Source of the DNA: an uncultured bacterium
Lineage (GTDB): Bacteria; JAJVIF01; JAPKYR01
Assembly (NCBI GenBank): GCA_965369865.1
Contig: CBDURU010000014.1
Coordinates: forward strand, 1 to 51,230
Direction: 5' to 3'
Length of the DNA: 51,230 bases
Positions 9,898 to 18,691 of this stretch are shown here, one piece after another; the first letter of the stretch is position 1; every line of letters starts with the position of its first letter. The translations under genes were made by a program, and so were the position numbers. The notes beneath the pieces were generated by a model, which made no database searches, was not told the origin of the DNA, and was given only the letters and a program-made list of their open reading frames with translations.

Positions 9898-12800
9898 CAA
9901 CGAAATTTATCCATACAGGATTAATCGCATTTTACGTGATGGTCATACTGGCGGTACCTGCACTCGCAATTGTACCGCCATCTGATGAGGAAGCGGAATG
10001 GCTCAGGAATTCACCGGATTTACAGGAGAGGATCGACAGGGCGAACCAGCTTCTGGAACCTCTACTGAATCCTCCCAGTATCAGCCCGATTGACGTGGCT
10101 GAAAATTTCACTAGCGGGATCGCCGGCAGTTTCGGTTTGATGAGAGGCGATGATGGTTTTTACTCCCGTTATGACCTGAACGATGACAATGTAATTGATG
10201 AAAGGGATTTCGTCGAGCTGGCATTCGAGGCGCCTGCGATCATCAGGCAGGCATGTAAATCACCGACCCATGGTGAGGCCCGCTGCGCTGTAATCCCGAT
10301 AAAATTCCCGGATGTCGCTCCCGACCCGTCTCATCATTCCGATTACTGGGACAACATGTTTTTCGGGGACGGGACCTACACGACCCATTCATACTACGAG
10401 CAGGTTTCGGATGGCGCACTCGATCTTGGCGGCGCGGTTATGGTCGATCCGACCGAGCCGGATGGCTACTGGATGGCCGACTACCCAAAGACAACTTATG
10501 GCTTCGACATGGCTCTGCTTACGGAGATCCTGAATAAAGCCGATGAGGTTTATGATTTTTCCGAATTTGACGCGGACGGCAACTCAGAAGCGGATGGCGT
10601 CTTTTTTATATACGCCGGCGATACCGATGGCTGGGGGGATTTCTACTGGGGCTGGGCGACATACGGTCCATACATAATTGATGGTGTCCGTGTCGGGCCG
10701 ATGATGTTTGTCGGCGAGCATCTGATGACATACCGTGTGGCCGCTCACGAATTCGGGCACATGATGGGACTTCCCGACTATTACGATTACACCTTCAAGT
10801 CAAATGGGATCGGTGTCTGGGGGCTAATGGGCAAGGGAGAAGCGTATCACGACGCGAGATCGAGGTGGTATCTCGGATGGGTTAATCCGATAGATGTAAG
10901 TATGGACATGTATGGCGTCACATTCTCGCCAAGGTCAGAAAACAGTGATGTTTACCGCCTATGGCACATGGGTGAATACGGCCCGGAATTTTTCCTCCTG
11001 GAGATGATCCAACCCTCGAGCTATGACTATAAAATGCCAGGAGAAGGCCTGATGATCTGGCATGTCGATGAGACCAGGTCGAACAACAATTACTGGCCGC
11101 ACAAGCTTCTAGATGTCGAGGAGGCCGATGGGCTTGACGATCTGGACAAGAAAGCGAACAACGGCGATGCGACCGACCTGTACTGGCTCGGAAACCAGGA
11201 TACATTCAATCACGATACCTACCCGAATTCGGACGCATATGACGGTTCCGCCACCGCAGTCCAGGTGCTGAATGTATCGGCGGTCAGCGCGGGGACAATT
11301 ACCGCCGACCTTATCGTCGGGGTTCCGGGAGACCTGGAGGTCGATGAAATCGAGCCCAATGATGTCTGGAACGATTCCGGCGTCATTCCCGTTCCCGCTC
11401 CGAACGGCATCCCGGATGGAAAAGTTAATTTCTATACCGATCCATCCGATTACTGGCGTGTTACAGTTGGAAAACCATCGGTGATCGATATCACGCTCGA
11501 CTCCCACTCTGACGGTGTGAACCTGAGCCTGTATCTCTGGTCGCTCGGGGGCGGAGGGCCTGTCGAGGTAGCGGATACGACATGGGCCGATGAGCATCTT
11601 CGGGCATATGTTTTCATCCCGGGCAACCATTTTATTGAAGTCCGCGCTGAACGTCAGGCTACCTATTACGATCTTTACGTTGAACTGGAGTATCTGCCCG
11701 AACCGGGCGAAATTGAAATCAAGTGCGTCCCGCTTCTTGGCGAAACCATTTACGACAACACGATGAAAATGCCCGCGATGCGTCTGGATATTCTCAATAA
11801 CGCGGGTTGGGTAAGTCTTGAGACGCTCCAGCTCTACACCCAGGGAGCAAGCCCGACAATTATTGATAAAGTGGAAATCTGGCTCGATAACGGCGATGAG
11901 ATTTTCAATCCGGCAAAGGATACACTGATCGGTGAGTCGGTGGCGGCAGGCATAACAAATCAGATTGTGATCGATGGAATAAGTGCAATTATGGACGGAT
12001 ATACCGCCCTGTTTGTGGTGATGGATATCGGCGACAGCGGCGGGGGCGGTAATTTTGGGATCAGCGTTCAGAGCTACAAGGATATCGTTTTCTCAACTGG
12101 GTTTGTGATCTATGACAACTTCCCGCAGGATTCAGATGTCGTGAATGTGGTTCCAGCTCCGATGCCACTCAGCTATGTTACCGCGAGTGATTTCTGGATG
12201 GGTTCGGATCCCGAAAACGATCCGTATTACGACCCAATGTGCGATTACAACGAGGAGACACCACCGCACTGGAACCGTACCGGGGATTATTATATCGGAC
12301 GTTACGAAATCACCAACGGCGACTGGATGCAGTTCATGGCCGATGGCGGTTATGAAACGCAGTTATACTGGGCTGCCGGTGGATGGAACTGGAAGAATAA
12401 TAACAACCTGACCGAACCCAATTACTGGAACGATCCGGACTACAGGATAGGAGAAGCGTATCCAAACTATCCTGTTGGGGGCATTAGCTGGTATGAGTGC
12501 ATGGCGTATTGTAATTACGCCGGCGGCCGTCTCCCGACAGAACGCGAGTGGGAGAAGGCCGGACGAGGATCCGATGGCCGCATTTACACATACGGTGATA
12601 TTTACGATCCATCGATAATCGCATCGGGCTGGTATCCTGAGCCGGTTGGAACCTATCCGGCTTCCGACAGTCTTTACGGTGTTACGGATATGTGCGGGAA
12701 CATTTTCGAATGGACCTATACATCGTGGGCCTGGGGAACGTACGAACGGTATGCAGATGGGATTTTTAACCCGCCTGCATCTCACAGTTACAAGCTCCAG

Positions 12801-12932
12801 CGAGGATACAGATACTTGATTGTAGGAGAATGCGATCAGGACTACGCTACAAGGCTTCCCTACAGGGATACCTGGCCGAGGACATACCGCTGGTCTGTTA
12901 CCGGATTCCGGGCGGCTTTTGACAATCTGTAG
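9894..12932 (+). CDS. Secreted M6 (immune inhibitor A-like) metalloprotease with dockerin/EF-hand-like loop, PPC-like domain and C-terminal FGE-sulfatase domain
   Basis: Signal peptide; DLNDDNVIDERDF; HEFGHMMGLPDYYD; GLMIWHVDE and DVEEADG; EIEPND...DYW; RLPTEREWEKAGRG...DMCGNIFEW...GFR; ATGA overlap with the upstream gene. Confidence 0.88.
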   Translation: MTTKFIHTGLIAFYVMVILAVPALAIVPPSDEEAEWLRNSPDLQERIDRANQLLEPLLNPPSISPIDVAENFTSGIAGSFGLMRGDDGFYSRYDLNDDNVIDERDFVELAFEAPAIIRQACKSPTHGEARCAVIPIKFPDVAPDPSHHSDYWDNMFFGDGTYTTHSYYEQVSDGALDLGGAVMVDPTEPDGYWMADYPKTTYGFDMALLTEILNKADEVYDFSEFDADGNSEADGVFFIYAGDTDGWGDFYWGWATYGPYIIDGVRVGPMMFVGEHLMTYRVAAHEFGHMMGLPDYYDYTFKSNGIGVWGLMGKGEAYHDARSRWYLGWVNPIDVSMDMYGVTFSPRSENSDVYRLWHMGEYGPEFFLLEMIQPSSYDYKMPGEGLMIWHVDETRSNNNYWPHKLLDVEEADGLDDLDKKANNGDATDLYWLGNQDTFNHDTYPNSDAYDGSATAVQVLNVSAVSAGTITADLIVGVPGDLEVDEIEPNDVWNDSGVIPVPAPNGIPDGKVNFYTDPSDYWRVTVGKPSVIDITLDSHSDGVNLSLYLWSLGGGGPVEVADTTWADEHLRAYVFIPGNHFIEVRAERQATYYDLYVELEYLPEPGEIEIKCVPLLGETIYDNTMKMPAMRLDILNNAGWVSLETLQLYTQGASPTIIDKVEIWLDNGDEIFNPAKDTLIGESVAAGITNQIVIDGISAIMDGYTALFVVMDIGDSGGGGNFGISVQSYKDIVFSTGFVIYDNFPQDSDVVNVVPAPMPLSYVTASDFWMGSDPENDPYYDPMCDYNEETPPHWNRTGDYYIGRYEITNGDWMQFMADGGYETQLYWAAGGWNWKNNNNLTEPNYWNDPDYRIGEAYPNYPVGGISWYECMAYCNYAGGRLPTEREWEKAGRGSDGRIYTYGDIYDPSIIASGWYPEPVGTYPASDSLYGVTDMCGNIFEWTYTSWAWGTYERYADGIFNPPASHSYKLQRGYRYLIVGECDQDYATRLPYRDTWPRTYRWSVTGFRAAFDNL

Positions 12933-12958
12933 TAAACCAGGAATATTAAAAAGAACTC

Positions 12959-12990
12959 AACAATCCCGTTTTCATTCGGGGTTGTTTTTT
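12959..12990 (+). terminator. Intrinsic terminator of the cohesin-protease operon
   Basis: aacaatcccg-ttttcatt-cggggttgtt stem (one G-U pair) followed by a T tract. Confidence 0.75.
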
Positions 12991-13043
12991 AATTCAGCCT
13001 GTTTCGGCTATACTTACAGGGATTCAAGAGCGGCCAATATTTT

Positions 13044-14042
13044 ATGAAAAGGCTGTTCGATCCGATGCAATCTATCATAGATCGTTTACTCATGCTTAAT
13101 GCAATTTTCAAAAGTTTGCGACCCAAACAATGGTCCAAGAATCTACTGGTATTTGGAGCGCTTGTATTTGTGCCGGGCGCTCTTCTGATGCCGAATCTTG
13201 AGATCAGGGCGATACTTGCGTTTGTCATATTCTGCCTTGCGGCCAGTGCAGGATATCTTGTGAACGATATCGGCGACCGCGATTACGATCGAAAGCATCC
13301 AAGGAAAAAACACCGTCCGATAGCATCGGGCGAGTTGAGTGTGCCGGCGGCGATCGGGGCATCAATAATTGCTATAATCATCGTCCTTGCTGGTAGTTTA
13401 TATTTAGACCTTACAGAAGTAAGTTTACCTACTGCCGCCATTCCGCTCGATGGAACCCGGTACCCATTTTTAATTACGATTGCCGGGTATCTTTTTGTAA
13501 CTTTCACTTACAGCGCCTGGCTGAAGAAAATCCCGATACTCGATGTGCTGGTGCTCTCAATCGGATTCACGCTGAGAGCGGTGGGTGGAGCAGTCGCGCT
13601 GAAGGTAATATTCTCGCCTTGGCTCCTTTTATGCACCGGTCTCCTGGCACTCTACCTGGCTCTGGGAAAGAGAAGACAGGAACTTTTAAGGCTTAGCAAT
13701 TTCAAGGATCCCGACAACAGCCTGCCCGAGAATTTCGGCCGGCCCGCCCTTTCGGGTTACACGATCCCGCTTCTCGATCAGCTCCTGATCATGTCGGCCA
13801 GTGTAAATATAATGAGCTATTCGCTTTACACTTTCACATCGTCGGGGCATCCCGATAATCGCCTGATGCTGACCATCCCGTTTGTTATTTACGGAATATT
13901 CAGATATCATTCATTAATATATAAAGCAGACGCCGGGGAAGCCCCGGATGAGGTCCTTCTAAACGATCGTCCGCTTGTGGTCTGTCTCGCGCTCTGGGTG
14001 CTTTCGGTAACGATACTTTTTCTCTATCCGGGTTTCAGTTAA
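13044..14042 (+). CDS. UbiA-family polyprenyl(decaprenyl)-phosphate phosphoribosyltransferase
   Basis: LRPKQWSKNLLVF, YLVNDIGDRDYDRKHPRKKHRPIASG, YSAWLK, GKRRQE and GEAPDE motifs; true start probably ATG 13092. Confidence 0.9.
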   Translation: MKRLFDPMQSIIDRLLMLNAIFKSLRPKQWSKNLLVFGALVFVPGALLMPNLEIRAILAFVIFCLAASAGYLVNDIGDRDYDRKHPRKKHRPIASGELSVPAAIGASIIAIIIVLAGSLYLDLTEVSLPTAAIPLDGTRYPFLITIAGYLFVTFTYSAWLKKIPILDVLVLSIGFTLRAVGGAVALKVIFSPWLLLCTGLLALYLALGKRRQELLRLSNFKDPDNSLPENFGRPALSGYTIPLLDQLLIMSASVNIMSYSLYTFTSSGHPDNRLMLTIPFVIYGIFRYHSLIYKADAGEAPDEVLLNDRPLVVCLALWVLSVTILFLYPGFS

Positions 14043-14090
14043 CCACGCATAACGCGATTTCTCTCTCAGCCTGTAAGAATTCCAATAAAA

Positions 14091-15581
14091 ATGAATCCTG
14101 CACGCCGGGCATATGTAATCTCACTTTTAATCCTCGTACTTCTCGCGGGCGCTCTCGCAAAAACAAAGCCCGATACCGCTGGTGAGATGTTCCCGCTAGC
14201 AAGCGCTGTCGGGTGGGTCGAGGGGAACGGACGCGCACTCAGCACCGATTTCATTGGAACGGGAATTCGTCCCGCGCAGGTTGTGAGAATCGGCAGAAAT
14301 TTTATCCCAAGGACCGCCCCGGCTCTGATGATGTATTACGGCGCGGTCACGCGGGTTTATTCTGAAATCGTGGACCGTCCACTTGACGGCGCCGATATTC
14401 CCATGCTGAGCTGGTTCGTGAATTTCCTCGGGGTTCTGCCCTGGGCACTGTTTCTGTTTGGCGGGCTGGTCAGGCTCGCGAAGTACTGGGGCTGCGAGAA
14501 TGGCACAAAACCGGTCTGGGCGGCATGGGCCGTGATAGCAGGGTCGCTGGCCTTTCAATGGTTCGGGACAATGTCGCCATTTCTCCCTGTTACCGCGCTC
14601 TCAGTGTGGGTCCTCGTACTTCTTTTCGAATTTGAAAAAAAGGAGACGGTAAAGAGCCTGGTTACGGCAGCGATCCTGGCTGGAATTTCAGGCATGTTCC
14701 ATCCATCCGGATGGTTATGGCTGATATTCGGGTTGTTCTATCTCTTTGTTTCAACGAGTGAATCAATAGATGAGAAGCGGCAGATAAAAAATGTTTTAAT
14801 CTTCGGGATATCGGCATTTGTACCGGTGTTTATAGCGCTTGTATTTAATTATTTATTTTTTGGAACCCTCCTGCCCGTGCAGATGATCGACCTTCAGCCC
14901 ATCACGATGGCTCCGGGTCGAATAATGGAGCTCATATGGCATGATATTATCGGCTGGAACGGCCTGATCTGGCTGTCACCGCTGGTGGTTATCGGGATAT
15001 ACGTTATGCTGGCGGGGAGTAAAGACATAACAGGCGGCTCGATCGCACTTTTTCTGGTTGGCATGGTGGCTGTGATACTTCTGGTCTGGGGAATAGGTGA
15101 TGACGCGCGTTTAATCGCAGAGAACGAATCGATCAGGGCTGAATTTTTAATACTGCCGGTAGAACTCAACGCGGGCAAATTCCAGATGGTTCAACTTCCA
15201 GCCGAAACCGGGGGCTATGAAGAACAGCAGGCGTTTTACGAAAGGCTTTTCGCTCGTACGGATGTATTTTTATGGACAGGCGGCCGCAGTGCGGGCATCC
15301 CGGTGTTCCTTCCGGTAGCCGTTATCCTTGCCATCCTGGGATGGTGCCGGGCAGACGGGTCTGTATTTATACGCGCATGGAACTGGGCCGGAGTTCGATT
15401 CGGGGGCCTGCTTGGTTTGATCATCAGCCAGGCACCGTACGGCGCGGCATCGGAATTATATCTTCAGGCGAGTATGGGCTGGGTAGCGCAGATTTTAACC
15501 CATACTCCGGTGCTCGAAGCGATACTGGCGGTATCCCTGCGTCTGGCGGAGTTATGGCCTTCCAGCGTTGTAAGATTTTAA
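14091..15581 (+). CDS. Polytopic membrane protein, possibly GT-C-like
   Basis: Roughly 10-12 hydrophobic segments with a large N-terminal extracytoplasmic loop; NYLFFGT and GLIWLSP segments; follows the ubiA-like gene. Confidence 0.55.
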   Translation: MNPARRAYVISLLILVLLAGALAKTKPDTAGEMFPLASAVGWVEGNGRALSTDFIGTGIRPAQVVRIGRNFIPRTAPALMMYYGAVTRVYSEIVDRPLDGADIPMLSWFVNFLGVLPWALFLFGGLVRLAKYWGCENGTKPVWAAWAVIAGSLAFQWFGTMSPFLPVTALSVWVLVLLFEFEKKETVKSLVTAAILAGISGMFHPSGWLWLIFGLFYLFVSTSESIDEKRQIKNVLIFGISAFVPVFIALVFNYLFFGTLLPVQMIDLQPITMAPGRIMELIWHDIIGWNGLIWLSPLVVIGIYVMLAGSKDITGGSIALFLVGMVAVILLVWGIGDDARLIAENESIRAEFLILPVELNAGKFQMVQLPAETGGYEEQQAFYERLFARTDVFLWTGGRSAGIPVFLPVAVILAILGWCRADGSVFIRAWNWAGVRFGGLLGLIISQAPYGAASELYLQASMGWVAQILTHTPVLEAILAVSLRLAELWPSSVVRF

Positions 15582-15688
15582 ATCTTAATAAAAATCCTTG
15601 AAATTGATCAAGAGCGTCAGGGGTTGCCTGATAATAATTAGTGGTTATAATAATCCGGGTCAGAAATGGATTTTTTTGCACCTGGCTC

Positions 15689-15720
15689 TTGACAGGATGT
15701 TGCAGCTTGCAACATACTAT
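15689..15720 (+). promoter_or_regulatory. Sigma70-type promoter with a palindromic operator in the spacer, upstream of the pilin operon
   Basis: Perfect TTGACA (15689-15694); CATACT at 18 bp or TACTAT at 20 bp; ATGTTGCA-GCT-TGCAACAT inverted repeat at 15697-15715. Confidence 0.6.
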
Positions 15721-15865
15721 TTTTATATATAAAATGTACCGGTCTGAAAAATGGAATATTTCTCAGACATTTAGTCGATAATTTAAACATCGTATTAAAT
15801 GCGGCAATGCATTGCTGGATGCCTTTTAGCGGCTGAATGGCGATTAATACGGGAGTTTTTAAGAA

Positions 15866-15928
15866 TTACCGGGATTCCTGGAGGATTAAATTTGATTCAT
15901 CCCCTCCAGGATAAAAAATAACCGGTAA
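15866..15928 (+). other. Two-stem hairpin in the long 5' leader of the pilin operon
   Basis: ttaccgg (15866-72) pairs with ccggtaa (15922-28); tcctggagg (15876-84) pairs with cctccagga (15903-11). Confidence 0.45.
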
Positions 15929-16059
15929 GCTCATTACTTAAATGAACTGCACCGGTTGATGATGGCATAATAATTGCAACCCTGTAGGTAGCTCAGGGGC
16001 GTGAGCATATATTTGGGTGCGTCTATCGCAATGAGGAAACTGTCAGGCGGTTCGGCTGA

Positions 16060-18669
16060 ATGAAAAATCGAAGCAGAACGTACAGAAAACTTAGAGATGA
16101 GCAAGGTAGTGTCTTAATCACCGTGCTTATCGTTGCTACAGTATTTGCCATTCTCGGGTATATTACACTCCAGGTGAGTATCCAATCTCTGGATGCCGCC
16201 GATACACACCAGCACAGGATATCAGCTCAAATGGTCGCGGAAGGCGGTCTTGAAACCGCAACCGCCCGGCTCCGTCAGGGTTACAGCGTCGATGAATCGC
16301 TTCTGCCGGTGTACATGGACCCATCATATGCCCTTTCCACATCCGATGACATTCTCAGGTCGGAACTCCTGATCAGTGGCAACACAACCGCAAGGGAACT
16401 GGATAGCTTCCCCCGCACCACCGAGCGGACAGCATATACATTCGATTCGAACGTTTCCACCTACAGCAGCGATACTGATTTGATCCCGGGAAGTTCGGAC
16501 GATGCACTTTACCGTTACCACGATGATTTCATGTTCAGCGAAGACTATCCCGGATATGAGTTCTCGCCACTTTTGTCAGAAGGCAAGCTTGTTGCTTACA
16601 GCATTGGTGAAGTAGAAGATCGCACTGGAGAGGAAACCCTTTTCAAATTCCTGACCGCTGATTATCCTGCCGATCAGTACACATACGATGTCCGTGAGGC
16701 CGGTGTCACCGAGCCATCCAGGATGGCGCCATACCCGATTATTCAGACCGAGCATCCATACACCGGACCCTCGTCAAAATCCTGGTCTATAACCTACCAG
16801 CAGGACCCGAGGCATCCGGGCAGAATTCTTAACGGTATACGCCTGATGGCAAATCCCGGCGAGGTCCAGATCGATGCCGGCGACACACTGCTTGTGTCAA
16901 GCTGGCTTAAGGATTTAAAGCGATTCCAGAGTCCGTCTGAAATTCCCATTGAGCATCAACTGGGACCTTACACGAACCCGACCGAAGTTTTCACCGAGGA
17001 ACTAGACACTACTACAATTGGCTTATTCCTTTATGCCGCCGATCCCCCGTCTCCCGGCATGGACTATGGATTCAAGATCAAGGGGATCAGGTACGGGTTC
17101 GACATGGACAGGTTTCTTGCATATTACGAGACGCCTCATCCTTACGATGAAATAATCCCGCTAACTACTCCGGCCGATCTGAATATCCAGGTCATTTACT
17201 CGCCATTCCAGGCAGAGCCGTTGACGGCAGAGTTCTTTAACCAGCAGATGCGGATCCAGTTCAGTCCCGAATTCTCGCTCGATGATGGAGATACGTTGTT
17301 CCTGTTCCATGCCGGTGACGAAGCACCTGTAGCGCCAATAGCTTTTTATAACAGCGGAAATCCAATCCCATCGGATTACTATTCTCCCATTATCAACCGG
17401 GCAGGTACAAATCCGGATCTTCCACTGGGAATCCTCCTCCTGCTGGCAAGGACATCGGGTACCGATACCGATGGAGTGGATAATTACGGATATAAAATAG
17501 CTGGTCTGGAATATACGGATGACCATGGCGCCTGGGTACGGGCCGAGAACCCGATCATGGAAAGCCCTCACAGCATTTACCTTGCCTCAAACAATATAAA
17601 CTACACTTTCCCCGCTTTCCCGCCCTTACCTCCCGTTCTCCCGGGAAACTATGTAAGTTACCAAACCATCTATCGTCCGTTCTGTCCGAACACGGATGCC
17701 GTGTCCGGTGTCGGAACTATCGACAACTGGTATGTAGAATTCAGCGATGCGGTCGACTTGTCTGTAACGAATGACGGCGCCGGCAATATGGACTATATTC
17801 GACTCTACACTCCCGGAAATATTATTCGTGACATATACGATAACGTTTATTATGCAGCCCTGGGCAGCGCAAACGATCTGCTTATCCAGACCCCTGGCAA
17901 TAACTGGTACAATATCACCGAACTCAAAGGTGCGATAATCGACTGCGGAATTGTCGAGAAAATGGAAATTGAACTTTTCTCGGACGATTTCGACGGTTTT
18001 GATGGTGATCGAAGTAATTTCGGGCTCCGAATAGCGGAGGTTGGGTACACGACATCCGATGGAGCGGATGACGACGATACACCGCCGACAATCCGTTCGG
18101 ACGTTAACTATCCTCTGAATACCGGATATCCCGCATTCGGCAATGCACCCCTGCAGCGCACCGACTGGTGGTACACGTACAGGGAAGCGACCCTTATCGG
18201 TCTGCATTTCGACCGTTATAACTTCGATATCGATCCGGGCGACAGGATTGAAATATACGATGAATTCGGAATCCTGATAGCGACACTTTTATCGGACAGC
18301 TCGGAAGGAGGACCGGAGATTGGGGACCCGATCAATCCGGACGAACCGGGCGGCCAGCAGCAGGGCGGCTGGGACCCGATTATAGGCGACCCGTATGGCG
18401 GGGCCGGTGTGGACCCGGATACAATCGTTGACCTCCATGCGACATACGGCTGGGTGCTGATACCCGGCACAACAGCCCAGGTACGCTTTGTCGGTGATGG
18501 AGATGAAAATGAGGGTTACTCAGGTTTTGAGCTGGATCGTGTCGGTTATATAGAGGGTACGGGCGGCATATTGAGTTACGTAACAGAGTACCAGGAGCTG
18601 GCGTACGGCCAGTATTACGATCGAACGTCCGAGGCAATGAGCGCCTTCAGATCGCTTGGATTGGATTAA
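16060..18669 (+). CDS. Giant PilX-like minor pilin with four CUB-like repeats
   Basis: Basic leader, QG|SVLITVL lacking Glu+5, AQMVAEGGLE (PilX N-terminal pattern); four repeats beginning TEHPY/ETPHPY/ESPH/RSDVNY and ending in (Y/F)G(F/Y/L)xI-like segments. Confidence 0.8.
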   Translation: MKNRSRTYRKLRDEQGSVLITVLIVATVFAILGYITLQVSIQSLDAADTHQHRISAQMVAEGGLETATARLRQGYSVDESLLPVYMDPSYALSTSDDILRSELLISGNTTARELDSFPRTTERTAYTFDSNVSTYSSDTDLIPGSSDDALYRYHDDFMFSEDYPGYEFSPLLSEGKLVAYSIGEVEDRTGEETLFKFLTADYPADQYTYDVREAGVTEPSRMAPYPIIQTEHPYTGPSSKSWSITYQQDPRHPGRILNGIRLMANPGEVQIDAGDTLLVSSWLKDLKRFQSPSEIPIEHQLGPYTNPTEVFTEELDTTTIGLFLYAADPPSPGMDYGFKIKGIRYGFDMDRFLAYYETPHPYDEIIPLTTPADLNIQVIYSPFQAEPLTAEFFNQQMRIQFSPEFSLDDGDTLFLFHAGDEAPVAPIAFYNSGNPIPSDYYSPIINRAGTNPDLPLGILLLLARTSGTDTDGVDNYGYKIAGLEYTDDHGAWVRAENPIMESPHSIYLASNNINYTFPAFPPLPPVLPGNYVSYQTIYRPFCPNTDAVSGVGTIDNWYVEFSDAVDLSVTNDGAGNMDYIRLYTPGNIIRDIYDNVYYAALGSANDLLIQTPGNNWYNITELKGAIIDCGIVEKMEIELFSDDFDGFDGDRSNFGLRIAEVGYTTSDGADDDDTPPTIRSDVNYPLNTGYPAFGNAPLQRTDWWYTYREATLIGLHFDRYNFDIDPGDRIEIYDEFGILIATLLSDSSEGGPEIGDPINPDEPGGQQQGGWDPIIGDPYGGAGVDPDTIVDLHATYGWVLIPGTTAQVRFVGDGDENEGYSGFELDRVGYIEGTGGILSYVTEYQELAYGQYYDRTSEAMSAFRSLGLD

Positions 18670-18691
18670 AATTTGTCTTAGAGAAATTCAA

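Noticed and set aside
12165..12932. Diversity-generating retroelement target (FGE/CLec domain)
   Set aside because: No template repeat or reverse transcriptase is visible in the window; cannot be excluded genome-wide
15725..16059. c-di-GMP-I/II riboswitch call
   Set aside because: Conserved GGCAAAC/GAAA/GACGCAAAG-type core not found by eye; kept only as an unassigned structured leader
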